64,000 nt of DNA. It comes from Tubulanus polymorphus (taxonomy: Eukaryota > Animalia > Nemertea). The position numbers and the translations under genes are program-made. The stretch is from contig NC_134032.1 in the NCBI RefSeq assembly GCF_964204645.1, positions 14,992,275 to 15,056,274 of the forward strand. Direction: 5' to 3'. Every line of letters starts with the position of its first letter. Position 1 is the stretch's first letter. The notes below the pieces were generated by a model. The model worked only from the letters and a program-made list of their open reading frames with translations, had not been told where the DNA came from and searched no databases. Positions 24,334-38,204 of the stretch are shown one piece after another.

Positions 24334-25027
24334 CTGAAAGTATAGCAATCGAATTGGCCAAGCAACAAGGAGAGTCTGAACAAGGCTACGAGGCAGCTAC
24401 CCAACTATGGGAATCAGTAATCAGGTGTGCGAAGAAAATAAATCCCACCCCAAAGCTGTCTCAACAGCCTGAGGAGCCAGCTCCACGAACCCCTGAGTTG
24501 GCTCCTCCGCAGGTGGTGGACCCTGTTTCGCCGGTGCAGGTGGTTGCGCCCACCGTATCTTCGGATACGGAGGTCGCGCCGCCTGTTGCCCCGGAGCAGG
24601 AGGTCGCCCCTGCCGTGGTAGCCCCGACAGAGGCGCCACAGGTTCAGGCTCCTGGCCCGCGCAGATCGCCCCGGAAAAATCGGAAGGAGGTTGATTATAC
24701 CGGAGGTTCGGGGCGATCTACCCCTAAAAAAAGAAAACGTGCGGCTCCTCCCAACAGCCAGATACATCGGAGGAGTCGAGTGATGAGGAGTTGCCTACAG
24801 CTCCTAGAGCCTCACCGCCAGGGTCCTCACCACCAGCGCGACGACCAACACCACCAAAAACAACCGCTCCGGCGGGGGTAGAACCCTCCCCCGACGTAGA
24901 GCTCGTCGCGCGTGGCCCTGGCTGGTCAAGGATAATTGAGTTTGACGACCCAATTACCTTGCTCTGCGACGTCGAAGCGGCATTCCACGGGGAATACAAA
25001 TTTACCAAGCGGAGGAGAACACGTTGA
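24334..25027 (+). pseudogene. Exon for a Pro/Glu-rich, NLS-bearing protein, interrupted by one frameshift near 24725-24755
   Basis: ttttcatttcag| acceptor. GC-rich coding-like sequence with RRSPRK and PKKRKR continues in the -1 frame as QQPDTSEESSDEELPTAP...KRRRTR*. Confidence 0.5.
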
Positions 25028-25152
25028 TTCTCCTCACCCCTTCACTCGCCGTCACTCCGTGGGCATCAAGATCAGCCCACACAGCACGTCTGCAGACCGA
25101 CACTCCTTCTTTTTTTTTATTTACAATTTTCCAATTTGTAACATTCTCCTTA

Positions 25153-26650
25153 AACGTTTGATATTTAGAATATGGTATCATTTCAACTTACCATTTCGAA
25201 TAGTTAAGATTTGCCTTCAATTAACGTTTGATATTTAGAATATGGTATCATTTATACTTACTATTTCAAATAGTTAAGATTTGCCTTCAATTAAAGTTTG
25301 ATATTTAGAATATGGTATCATTTACACTTACTATTTCAAATAGTTAAGATTCGCCTTCAATTAAAGTTTGATATTTAGAATATGGTATCATTTACACTTA
25401 CTATTTCAAATAGTTAAGATTAGCCTTCAATCAACGTTTGATATTTAGAATATGGTATCATTTACACTTACTATTTCAAATAGTTAAGATTCGCCTTCAA
25501 TTAACGTTTGATATTTAGAATATGGTATCATTTACACTTACTATTTCAAATAGTTAAAACATTTTCCTTCAATTCATTCAAACAACAGTTGATTTTTATA
25601 ATAATCAACTATTTCTATGCTCTTTCGTCGGTCTGCAGTTCGCGCGGGTCCACAAAAAATTTCTGTCCACATCCCCTTGCAATAGGAACCAGTGGACGTG
25701 CAGTCCTGCATTATAAATACTTTTTTATTTAAAAAAAAATTAAAAAAAACAAAAACCAGATCTACTCTGAAAGTCCAGAGTTTTTAACGGGAGTTTTACG
25801 GTATCTCGCAAAAAAATTAAAAAAAAAAAAAAAAAAAAAAAATTCATCATTTCATCAACTTGATTAATTTTCTTGGACGAATTCAATTTTGTTCCATCAT
25901 GTCATCCATCTATATAAATATTCATATATAATCATCTATTTGAATTATTTTCAGTTATTTTTTGACTGTACGTCCCGCTGTGTTCCTACCAAACCCGTCC
26001 ACACCATTACTTTAGAAACTTTATATACAGCAGTGTCAACCTTGTATTTGAAACTTTATATGAAGCAGCGTCAACCTTGCATTTGAAACCTTATAAGCAA
26101 CAGTGTCAACCTTGCAATAGGAACCAGTGGGCGTGCAGTCCTGCAGCATAAATACTTTTTTATTTTCAAAAAATAAAAAAAAACCAAAAACCAGATCTAC
26201 TCTGAAAGTCCAGAGTTTTTAACGGGAGTTTTACGGTATCTCGCAAAAAAATTTAAAAAAACAAAAAAACAAAAAAATTCATCATCATTTCATCAACTTG
26301 ATTAATTTTCTTGGACGAATTCAATTTTGTTCCATCATGTCATCCATCTATATAAATATTCATATATATTCATCTATTTGAATTTTTTTCAGTTATTTTT
26401 TGACTGTACGTCCCGCTGTGTTCCTACCGAACCCGCCCACACCATTACTTTAGAAACTTTATATACAGCAATGTCAACCTTGTATTTGAAACCTTGTATG
26501 CAGCAGTGTCAACCTTGCATTTGAAACCTTATATACAGCAGTGTCAACCTTGTATTTGAAACCTTATATGCAGCAATGTCAACCTTGCATTTGAAACCTT
26601 ATATGCAGCAGTGTCAACCTTGCATTTGAAACCTTGTATGCAGCAGTGTC
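25153..26650. repeat. 70-bp tandem (25153-25557), ~440-bp direct duplication (25678-26115 / 26113-26550) and 31-bp tandem (to 26650)
   Basis: Direct inspection; the duplicated ORFs at 25889 and 26327 are 438 bp apart. Confidence 0.85.
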
Positions 26651-27792
26651 CTCTATCCATCATTTCCACTTGGCTGGCAGTAATCATGCTTGTCATTTCT
26701 CTGCGGTTGTAGCATTATCCAATTGCCGTCATCATTATGACATTTTCAAAATTATTTTCAACACGAAGGAAAGCCATCTCTGGTAAATTCCTTCTATGTA
26801 CTTCGGAAAAAGTCTTTCCGTTCGGTGTCTCTTCAAATAATGGATTTTTCAAATCATAAGGAACAGCTATGATTTACGCATAATGCGATTCCTTATCAAA
26901 CAACATTGAAATAGATTTTTCAATGTATTCCGCGTTGTCCCTCCCCCCACTACGACGTTCATACGTCAAATTTAAAACCATTATATCGTTATTAACATAT
27001 TTGTTTTTCTAATTACAGAATTAATCAAAGATTAATTTGATTTCACCAGAAAATTTGAAATGTTAAAATGTCTAATCTTCAGCAAGGAACGGAAATCCTT
27101 CAAAATGTGACGCGAGGGATTTCAAATGTTTATACGTAATTAGTATTCACGCAAATATCCACGTGAGATTTGGATAAAATGTTGCTCGAGAATGGAATCC
27201 ACAGCAAAGACCACGGTAATCAATTTAATTATACTTCTAACGTGTGAAATGGAATGTTTCACTTGATCAATACATGAATTTAAGCAGTGTTCATAAATTA
27301 TGGAACCATATATAAAATTCTGTAAACATTCAGTAAATAAGGATCTTAGCGACAAAAATTACACAATGGAAGATAATGATCTTTGATAGGAGAGTTTGTT
27401 GTTGTCAAGTCAGTGAAGTTGTACTGGCTTATAATGGTCAGAATTTGACCTAATCGTCGAGTATTGAAATATAATTGACAATAAATTGAAAGGAAGATTT
27501 GGAATTGAATATTCAATGGTTATCTGTGTCATAGTTGAATAGACAACTGAGTTGGGGGACGTATTACATACACTATAACCCACAGCAGGGTTATAGTACC
27601 AACACACTTCAATCATTTGAAATTACATATAATTTATGAGTTATGACAAAAGCTTTAGATTGAAAGGCATAGTTCATGAATAATCATTTATTCATCGATA
27701 TAGGCAATAAAAATTAATGTGATTGTTAATTTGTTAACTGGTCCTACATAATAGATAGGACTCCTCCAAGCCTAAAGGCTGTACTATAAGTT

Positions 27793-29430
27793 AGGGAGCT
27801 GATTCCCTGCATAGAGGATAGGAGTTGGGGAGTTGATTCCCTGTACCGAGGATAGGAGTTGGGGAGTTGATTCCCTGTACCGAGGATAGGAGTTGGGGAG
27901 TTGATTCCCTGTACCGAGGATAGGAGTTGGGGAGTTGATTCCCTGTACCGAGGATAGGAGTTGGGGAGTTGATTCCCTGTACCGAGGATAGGAGTTGGGG
28001 AGTTGATTCCCTGTACCGAGGATAGGAGTTGGGGAGTTGATTCCCTGTACCGAGGATAGGAGTTGAGGAGTTGATTCCCTGTACCGAGGATAGGAGTTGG
28101 GGAGTTGATTCCCTGTACCGAGGATAGGAGTTGGGGAGTTGATTCCCTGTACCGAGGATAGGAGTTGGGGAGTTGATTCCCTGTACCGAGGATAGGAGTT
28201 GGGGAGTTGATTCCCAGCACCGAGGATAGGAGTTGGGGAGTTGATTCCCTGTACCGAGGATAGGAGTTGGGGAGTTGATTCCCTGTACCGAGGATAGGAG
28301 TTGGGGGGTTGATTCCCTGTACCGAGGATAGGGGTTGAGGAGTTGATTCCCAGCATAGAGGATAGGAGTTGGGGAGTTGATTCCGTGTACCGAGGATAGG
28401 AGTTGGGGAGTTGATTCCCTGCATAGAGGATAGGAGTTGGGGAGTTGATTCCCTGCATAGATGATAGGAGTTGGGAGTTGATTCCCAGCATAGAGGATAG
28501 GAGTTGGGGAGTTGATTCCCTGTACCGAGGATAGGAGTTGAGGAGTTGATTCCCTGTACCGAGGATAGGAGTTGAGGAGTTGATTCCCTGTACCGAGGAT
28601 AGGAGTTGGGGAGTTGATTCCCTGCATAGATGATAGGAGTTGGGAGTTGATTCCCAGCATAGAGGATAGGAGTTGGGGAGTTGATTCCCTGTACCGAGGA
28701 TAGGAGTTGAGGAGTTGATTCCCTGCATAGAGGATAGGAGTTGGGGAGTTCCCTGTACCGAGGATAGGAGTTGGGGAGTTGATTCCCTGCATAGAGGATA
28801 GGGGTTGGGGAGTTGATTCCCTGTACCGAGGATAGGAGTTGAGGAGTTGATTCCCTGTACCGAGGATAGGAGTTGAGGAGTTGATTCCCTGTACCGAGGA
28901 TAGGAGTTGGGGAGTTGATTCCCTGCATAGAGGATAGGAGTTGGGGAGTTGATTCCCAGCATAGAGGATAGGAGTTGGGGAGTTGATTCCCTGCATAGAG
29001 GATAGGAGTTGGGGAGTTGATTCCCAGCATAGATGATAGGAGTTGGGAGTTGATTCCCAGCATAGAGGATAGGAGTTGGGGAGTTGATTCCCAGCATAGA
29101 GGATAGGAGTTGGGGAGTTGATTCCCTGCATAGATGATAGGAGTTGGGAGTTGATTCCCAGCATAGAGGATAGGAGTTGGGGAGTTGATTCCCTGTACCG
29201 AGGATAGGAGTTGAGGAGTTGATTCCCTGCATAGAGGATAGGAGTTGGGGAGTTCCCTGTACCGAGGATAGGAGTTGAGGAGTTGATTCCCTGTACCGAG
29301 GATAGGAGTTGAGGAGTTGATTCCCTGTACCGAGGATAGGGGTTGAGGAGTTGATACCTTGTATAGAGGATAGGAGTTGAGGAGGCGATTCCCTGTACCG
29401 AGGATAGGGGTTGAGGAGTTGATACCTGTA
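27793..29430. repeat. 34-bp G-rich minisatellite
   Basis: gattccctgtaccgaggataggagttggggagtt units. Confidence 0.97.
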
Positions 29431-31199
29431 TGGAGTATAATCAAAAGTTGAAGAGTTTAGAGGATGTATCAGAGTAATGTTCAGTCACATCATAATAATT
29501 GCTATAAATAGGTTAGAAATATTTTAAAAAACCAGCATCATCATCATCACCAATAGCCAGCAAACATTTCAGTTATATTCCAAATATTGAACAGTTAGTT
29601 TTATAATTATTACCGTTACAGTTTTTCTACTGATTGATGCGAATTCATTCCATATTTTTCGAAACTTTCATTTATTGCTAAAAATTCCAATTTACTCCAA
29701 ATTTTGAGTCTTCGAACCAATATTCCAAAACATTGAACTTTTCCAATTTCCTTTTGAAGATTATCAGGATTGCAATTTCATTCCTGTGTCTTGTAGTTTC
29801 AGAATTAATGATAAGATGGTTGTGTTCAGCAGTTTATGAGTCGTAACAATTTACTGTCATTTTCCTAGTTGATAATTTATGTTCAATTGAATCAAATCAA
29901 ATATTCTTTATTTTTGGAATAATTCTCACAGCTGAGAATCGAATCTAGGTCAAAGTAAATCTAGGTCAAGATTGATTATAGGTGTTTTAAGATTAATGTT
30001 CAATGTTATTTTCAAGCGATCCATATTTGTTAGGAAATCATACCCGGGTCAAACCTATTGCATTCAACAACGTTATACTATTGTCTCATCTCTATTTTAA
30101 AAACTATTTTATCTAAATCTTAAAACAATAATTGCATATCAAAAAACTATTTTTTCAATATTTTAAAACAACTGAATAGCTAAAAAATGTTAAATCTTAA
30201 GATAACTTCAACCATTTTATCTATATTTTAAAACTATTTTGATATAAGTATTTTAAATCATTTCATTAATACATGCTAAACTATTTTATTTGTATATATT
30301 TCAAACTATTTTATCAATATTTTAAAACAACTGAATCGCTAAAAAAATCTGAAATCTTAAATGAAACACGTTGAACCATTTTATCTATATTTATCTTGAA
30401 TCTTTTAATTAGTACATGCTTAACTTTTCTATGTGTATATATTTAAAATATTTTATTTCTACATATTTCAAATTATTCTATTTGTAAATATTTTAAATTA
30501 TTCTATCTGGAAATATTTTAAATTATTATGATTTTACATATTTTAAGCTATTTTATTTGCAAATATCTTTTAAATCATTTTATTTGTAAGTATTTTTTAG
30601 AACTATATTTTATTAGTGTTTTGATACTAACCTACAGACTACAGATCAATTTGATGAAATATCAATCTTATATTTGACTTATCATATATTCAAAACCCCA
30701 GTGATTTTGAAAAAGATGGTAACTGAAGGTCCAGGTTTTATCACCGAATACTCTTTGACACAATTACGTGGTCCACAACACAGATATAAATAGTGGTTAC
30801 ACAAAAGGGTCATATTCATATAATACACGCATAATGGGCTTAGTAGTAACTTTAGTTGATATACTTGGCTTTGTAAATATGAAATGTGATTGAGAACCTT
30901 TTCTTATACTTTCTCTCTATCTTCTTTTCTTGGTTTAACTCGGGTTTTTTTAATGAGTTGAATGTATTCACTTTAACCGTGTTAACATAGAATAAATACA
31001 AGATGAATAATACTTTATAGGTGTAACTAGTCTATTTGACTTTGGAGTAATCATTTGAGTTTTCACTTCTATTCAAGAGTAGCTTCATAAGGTGAATCAT
31101 TCATTCACCCGATGAAACTACTATTCACTAGTCTAATAAACTAGTCACACCTATAAAGTACTACTCATCTCTGTTGTGTCTGTTCTAGTTGCTTAAGTT

Positions 31200-31700
31200 T
31201 TCTTGTTTATTTAGTTTTTCAGGTCTAGTTATTTTAGTCATATATATATCTAAATATTCAAGTTTGTTTAGTTTATTTAAATGTAATTATTTAAGTTTGT
31301 TTAGGTCTAGTTATTTAAGTTTATCTAAATATTTGAGTTTTTCAGGTCTAGTTATTTTAGTCATATATATATCTAAATATTCAAGTTTGTTTAGTTTATT
31401 TAAATGTAATTATTTAAGTTTGTTTAGGTCTAGTTATTTAAGTTTATCTAAATATTTGAGTTTTTCAGGTCTAGTTATTTTAGTTTATTTAAATGTAATT
31501 ATTTAAGTTTGTTTAGGTCTAGTTATTTAGGTTTATCTAAATATTTGAGTTTTTTAGGTCTAGTTATTTTAGTCTATTTAAATCTAATTATTTAAGTTTG
31601 TTCAGGTCTAGTTATTTAAGTTTATCTAAATATTTGAGTTTTTTAGGTCTAGTTATTTTAGTCTATTTAAATCTAATTATTTAAGTTTGTTTAGGTCTAG
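31200..31700. repeat. AT-rich tandem repeat (aggtctagttattt core)
   Basis: Direct tandem units. Confidence 0.85.
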
Positions 31701-31729
31701 TTGTTGTTTCTAGGATTCAGGATAAACAA

Positions 31730-34280
31730 AATAACTCATTGATAGAATTACTCATGGGTCATCAGTGAAATACATTTAATGATGAAAATTGATCAGATTT
31801 TTTTAATCATGATAGAATACTATTAGGTTTTCTATTGTTTGATGAACCGGAGGTAAATTTATCATTGATAGAATTACTCTCGGGATCATCAGTAAAATAC
31901 ATTTTGATATCAATTTATCAGATATTTTCTTCTTAATTTTCAACCATTTGTTTTATTGAATAAGTTTTAATAGAAATAACTATTTCTTATTGTTTGATGA
32001 ACTGAGGGTAAATTTGTCATTGATGAAATTACCCTCGGTGTCATCAGTAAAATACATTCTTAAGACAATTCATCAGGTTTGGTTTTTTTCTAATTTTCAA
32101 CAATTGATTTATTGAAACAAATTTTGATAGAAATATTTTTTTATTTTTTTTTCATGAACTTGTCATTGATAGAATCACTTTGAAATAATTAGTGAAATAG
32201 TAAATTCTTAAAACAATTCATCAGGTTTGTTTTTTTTTAAAGATTTTCAGCAATTGTTTTATTGAAACAGATTTTAACGTAGATTTTTTTTTAAATTTTT
32301 GATGAACTGAGGGTAAATTCATCATTGATGAAATTGCTATCGGGATCATCAGTAAAATACATTTTTAGAATAATTCATTAGGTTTGTTTTTTTTAAAATT
32401 TTCAACAATTGATTTATTGAAACAAATTTTGATAGAAATATTTTTTTATTTTTTTTTCATGAACTTGTCATTGATAGAATCACTTTGAAATAATTCGTGA
32501 AATAGTACATTCTTAAAACAATTCATCAGGTTTGTTTTTTTAAGATTTTCAACAATTGTTTAATTGAAACAGATTTTAACGTAGATTTTTATTTTTTAGA
32601 ATTTTTGATGAACTGAGGGTAAATTCATCATTGATGAAATTGCTATCGGGATCATCAGTAAAATACATTTTTAGAATAATTCATTAGGTTTGTTTTTTTT
32701 TGTTAGATTTTTATTGAATCAGATTTTAAGGTAAATTATTTTTTTCAAATTTTTGATCAACTGAGGGTAAATTCATCATTGATGAAATTGCTATCGGGAT
32801 CATCAGTAAAATACATTTTTAGAATAATTCATTAGCAGATTTTAAGGTAAATTATTTTTTTCAAATTTTTGATCAACTGAGGGTAAATTCATCATTGATG
32901 AAATTGCTATCGGGATCATCAATAAAATACATTTTTAGAATAATTCATTAGGTTTGTTTTTTTTAAAATTTTAACAATTGGTTTATTGTAACAGATTTTG
33001 ATAGAAATATTTTTTTTAATTTTTTTTAATGATCTTGTCATGGATAGAATTACTTTGAAATAATCAGTGAAATAGTACATTCTTAAAACAATTCATCAGG
33101 TTTATTTTATTTTAGATTTTCAACAATAGGTAGATAATTTTTTTTTTAAATTTTTGATGAACTGAAGGTAAATTCATCATTGATGAAATTGCTATCGGGA
33201 TCATCAATAAAATACATTTTTAGAATAATTCATAAGGTTTGTTTTTTTTTGTAAGATTTTTATTGAATCAGATTTTAAGGTAAATTATTTTTTTTCAAAT
33301 TTTTGATCAACTGAGGGTAAATTCATCATTGATGAAATTGCTATCGGGATCATCAATAAAATACATTTTTAGAATAATTCATAAGGTTTGTTTTTTTTTG
33401 TAAGATTTTTATTGAATCAGATTTTAAGGTAAATTATTTTTTTTCAAATTTTTGATCAACTGAGGGTAAATTCATCATTGATGAAATTGCTATCGGGATC
33501 ATCAGTAAAATACATTTTTAGAATAATTCATTAGGTTTGTTTTTTTTTAAATTTTAACAATTGGTTTATTGTAACAGATTTTGATAGAAATATTTTTTTT
33601 AATTTTTTTTAATTTTTTTTAATGATCTTGTCATGGATAGAATTACTTTGAAATAATCAGTGAAATAGTACATTCTTAAAACAATTCATCAGGTTTATTT
33701 TATTTTAGATTTTCAACAATAGGTAGATAATTTTTTTTTTTAATTTTTGATGAACTGAAGGTAAATTCATCATTGATGAAATTGCTATCGGGATCATCAG
33801 TAAAATACATTTTTAGAATAATTCATTAGGTTTGTTTTTTTTTCTGAATATTCAACTATTGGTTTTATTGAAACAGATTTTAAGGTAGATAATTTTTTTT
33901 CAAATTTTGGATGAACTGAAGGTAAATTCATCATTGATGAAATTGCTATCGGGATCATCAGTAAAATACATTTTTAGAATAATTCATTAGGTTTGTTTTT
34001 TTAATATTTTCAACAATTGGTTTTATTGAAACAGATTTTAAGGGTAGATTATTTTCTTAGATTTTTGATGAACTGAGGGTAAATTCATCATTGATGAAAT
34101 TGCTATCAGGATCATCAATAAAATACATTTTTAGAATAATTCATTAGGTTTGTTTTTATAAAAAATTTTCTACAATTGAAGTATTGAAAGAGATTTTGAT
34201 GAAAATTATTTTTTTCGAATTTTTGATGAACTGAGGGTAAATTTGTCATTGATAGAATTACTCTCAGGATCATCCATTCC
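31730..34280. repeat. ~150-bp tandem repeat, each unit carrying a ~52-nt imperfect palindrome
   Basis: tgatgaactgagggtaaatt..cattgatgaaatt..cgg..tcatca occurs about 13 times, plus degenerate units. Confidence 0.85.
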
Positions 34281-35789
34281 AGGCATTTTATCAATTAGAT
34301 TTTAACTTAATAATTCTTTCTAAAACTTATTCAGGTTTACTGTCAGGAAATTCTTTTTCTCTAGATTTTAGGCTTAGTATTTCTGCGTTTTTTCCCAAGT
34401 TCTATTTAAGTTTTCTAAGCTTGTCTTTGTATTTTTTTTAGTCTTCTTGCACTTGTTAGTTTATTGGGAGTTAATGCATTCACTTTTCGTCCGTTGTCCG
34501 TCCGTAGATGGAATCCAGTTATTTTGGGAAGTGTTAAAAATACCTCGATATATTGATATTTGGTTTATGTATGTAACTACCCTAGACACATCTTCAGTCC
34601 ATAAACCGTCGTGATCAGAATCGACGTGGCTGACTGGTTGCCATCTTTGTTCAGCATTTCGTACACATCTTTTTAAGTTTACAAGAGACATTTTGAAAGA
34701 GGCTTTTGCCGATTATCTCGATGTTTCATAGGTATATGTATGCCCCTAGGTCCCCTGTTTTTAACAGGTTTTAACAGAGTCTTGATATTTGGTAATTAGT
34801 AGCACTGTTATTGGACATATCTTCTTACGAGGAATTGGGTTTAGCCAGTTTATTGGTCTCCCGCGATTACAATTTGTTTCTAACGACATGTTTTATGTTT
34901 GTGGTGAGTTTAAAGGTCATTGGTTTCTGTATATGTTTACTGGGGGTAATATAGGATTGTCGAGCATTTCAACGAGTAGACATGGCATCCATGCACCCCT
35001 AGTTTCACCGCTTTCAAGGTTCTCAAACACATTTCATATCTACAGCTATATATTATCGATATTTACTGAATGAAACTCTATTTCTGACCTCGTTTCAGTT
35101 TCATATTTCCCCCATAATCTTCTTACATTTCATGTTTCACTTTTAGTCGCACAATGTATTGTCGTGGCTGTGGTTCTATCACTTTTTCCTCGTATCTTGT
35201 CTTGTCTTCGAACTGCAGCTTTTTCATTCAATAAATATCAATAATAAACGCATCACATAAAAAAGCCAAACATAATAGGCGGCGTTATCGTGAACCTGAC
35301 CTAATATACCCCGGGTAAAAACCACTCTTTCTGTGGTTGTGTAGTACCAGTAATTGATGATCATCGAGTGAGTGATTGGCCTGGCCCAGTTATTCCATTC
35401 CGAAATCACTTGGGTTAAAATTATGATTGACATAAATTTGATATTTCATCAAATTGATTGACACATTTTTCCGTACTAACACTACTTGTACATATTTTAG
35501 ATTTGCGAATAGTAGATTTTTATTTGTATATATTACGTTTCTTTAGATTTTTAAGAATTTCAATTTCTAATTGTAAATATATTTTTTTTTTATCTTAAAC
35601 CTTTAAAATTTTTTAACTACATATCTAACATTGATTAAAACTGTTTTAGTCCAATTTTAATATAAAGCTGTGTTCATATTTCCATCAGAACATGCTTAAT
35701 ACTGATAATAAAATAATAATATGTCTCTGATATAGCGTTCAAACCGGTGAAGCTGCTCAGAGCGCTTAACTGATTAATTCAATACGACA

Positions 35790-38005
35790 TAATGAATGCA
35801 ATGTTGGTTTGATGCCCTATATTACTTTTCACTAGTATTTCATTGATTTTTTGGTTTTATTCGAATGTGGATCCGACCTATTGTTTTTAATGTATGCAGA
35901 TTATTCAAGATGGCCCCCACAGCCATATTTCATATTTTAATTGTCCTGTGGTATGACGTTAAACTGCCTCGATTTTAACCATTTTTATCAATGGATTTTA
36001 TATGTTTTTATTCATTTTATCAAATAAATTGTTTTTAGATTTTTTTTTAAATTCATCCTTTTTTTTCTCACCTCGTCATTCATTCTCTCCTTTTTCTCTC
36101 CTCTTTTATTCTTTCCCCTTCTCTGCCTCTTTCTCTCTCTGCCTCTTTCTCTCTCTCTGCCTCTTTCTCTCTCTCCCTCTTTCTCTAACCCACTAACTCT
36201 CTTTGCCTCTTTCTCTAACCCACTAACTCTCTCTGCCTCTTTCTCTAACCCACTAACTCTCTCTGCCTCTTTCTCTAACCCACTAACGCTCTCTGCCTCT
36301 TTCTCTAACCCACTAACTCTCTCTTTTCCTCTTCCTTCTCTATTTTTCCTCTTGCTTCTTTTTCACCACTCTCATCCATCTCCTTCATTCCATCCATTTC
36401 CTCCTTCATTTCATCCATCTCCTTCATTTCATCTCCCATTTCATCCATCTCCCATTTCATTTCATCTATCAATTTTTACTTTGATTTTATCCGATATACT
36501 TTTATTGCAACTTTTTAGATTTTTTAAGATGGTTTTATTGCAACTTTTAAGATTTCTGATGAAAATGATTTTATTGCAACTTTTTAGATTTTTTAAGAAA
36601 ATGATTTTATTGAAACTTTTTAGATTTTTTAAGAAAATGATTTTATTGAAACTTTTTAGATTTTTTAAGAAAATGATTTTATTGAAACTTTTTAAATCAT
36701 GAAAGAACATTTTTAGAGAGACTAACAGTAACATTTCTTTTAAAGGAGATTAAGTAGAGTTATATAAAAAGCATAATAGTTTTGATTGAGAGTGATGCGA
36801 TGTGTTAAGTCTATTAGTTTGCAGTTTACTTAACCCTGACTAGTTTTTGATAGATGATGATGATGATGATGATGATGCTGATGATGATGATGCTGATGAT
36901 GATGATGCTGGTATAGAATTTGTACCGAACAGCAGTCGATGAAGGTTTCCATTTTTCCATAGATCTGTGTTCAACCAGAACGTACTTATTTCAATACAAC
37001 AAAATGAATGCATTGAATGTTGGTTTGATGCCCGATATCACTTTTCACTAGTATTTCATTGGTTTAATCACATTTTTACCAGTAAGTTTGAAGCATTAAC
37101 GTCGACTTAATGATTATTGTATGGTTGTTTCTTGTGTGTCCGGTCGTCGGATCTCGACAATTATAGGTCGAAAGTGGATCCGACCTATTGTTTTTAATAT
37201 ATGCAGATTATTCAAGATGGCCCCCACAGCCATATTTCATATTTTAATTGTCCTGTGGTATGACGTTAAACTGCCTCGATTTTAACCATTTTTATCAATG
37301 GATTTTATCTATTTTATATGTTTTTATTCATTTTATCAAATAAATTGTTTTTAGATTTTTTTTAAATTCATCCTTTTTTTTCTCACCTCGTCATTCATTC
37401 TCTCCTTTTTCTCCTCTTTTATTCTTTCCCCTTCTCTGCCTCTTTCTCTAACCCACTAACTCTCTCTGCCTCTTTCTCTAACCCACTAACTCTCTCTGCC
37501 TCTTTCTCTAACCCACTAACTCTCTCTGCCTCTTTCTCTAACCCACTAACTCTCTCTGCCTCTTTCTCTAACCCACTAACTCTCTCTGCCTCTTTCTCTA
37601 ACCCACTAACTCTCTCTTTTCCTCTTCCTTCTGTTTTTTCCCTCTTCCTTCTCTTTTTCACTACTATCTCATCCTTCTCCCATTTCATTTCATCTCCCAT
37701 TCCATTTCATCCATCTCCCATTTCATTTCATCAATCGATTTTTACTTTGCTTTTTAAGAAAATGATTTTATTGCAACTTTTTAGATTTTTTAAGATGATT
37801 TTATTGCAACTTTTTAGATTTTTTAAGAAAATGATTTTATTGCAACTTTTTAGATTTTTTAAGATGATGATTTTATTGCAACTTTTTAGATTTCTGATGA
37901 ACATGATTTTATTGAAACTTTTTAAATCATGAAAGAACATTTTTAGAGAGACTAACAGTAACATTTCTTTTAAAGGGGATTTAGTAGAGTTATATAAAAG
38001 CATCC
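35790..38005. repeat. Local ~1-kb direct duplication (35790-36775 and 37003-38005) containing 30-bp and ~35-bp minisatellites
   Basis: Shared gtggatccgacctattg..gacgttaaactgcc..gagactaacagtaac blocks. Confidence 0.9.
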
Positions 38006-38204
38006 TATCACATCACTCTCTCAAAGTTGAAGACTACTTGTAAAATATGTTCAAAGCTAAGAATACATTCCTTCAATAAAACTGCTTCGCATCAATACTT
38101 ATCATATAGCAAAAACTAGAAAACTAGAAAATACCAGAGTTGTGGGTTTGATTTGTTTAGATATTCAAATACTGCCTCTGATGAGCAGTTACTCTGTTGT
38201 TTAT

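Noticed and set aside
27744-29444. ORFs of 457-566 aa in all three minus frames
   Set aside because: Produced by a stop-free 34-bp minisatellite.
36180-37620. Telomeric repeats (ctaaccc)
   Set aside because: A single motif within a 30-bp pyrimidine-rich minisatellite, not a (CCCTAA)n tract.
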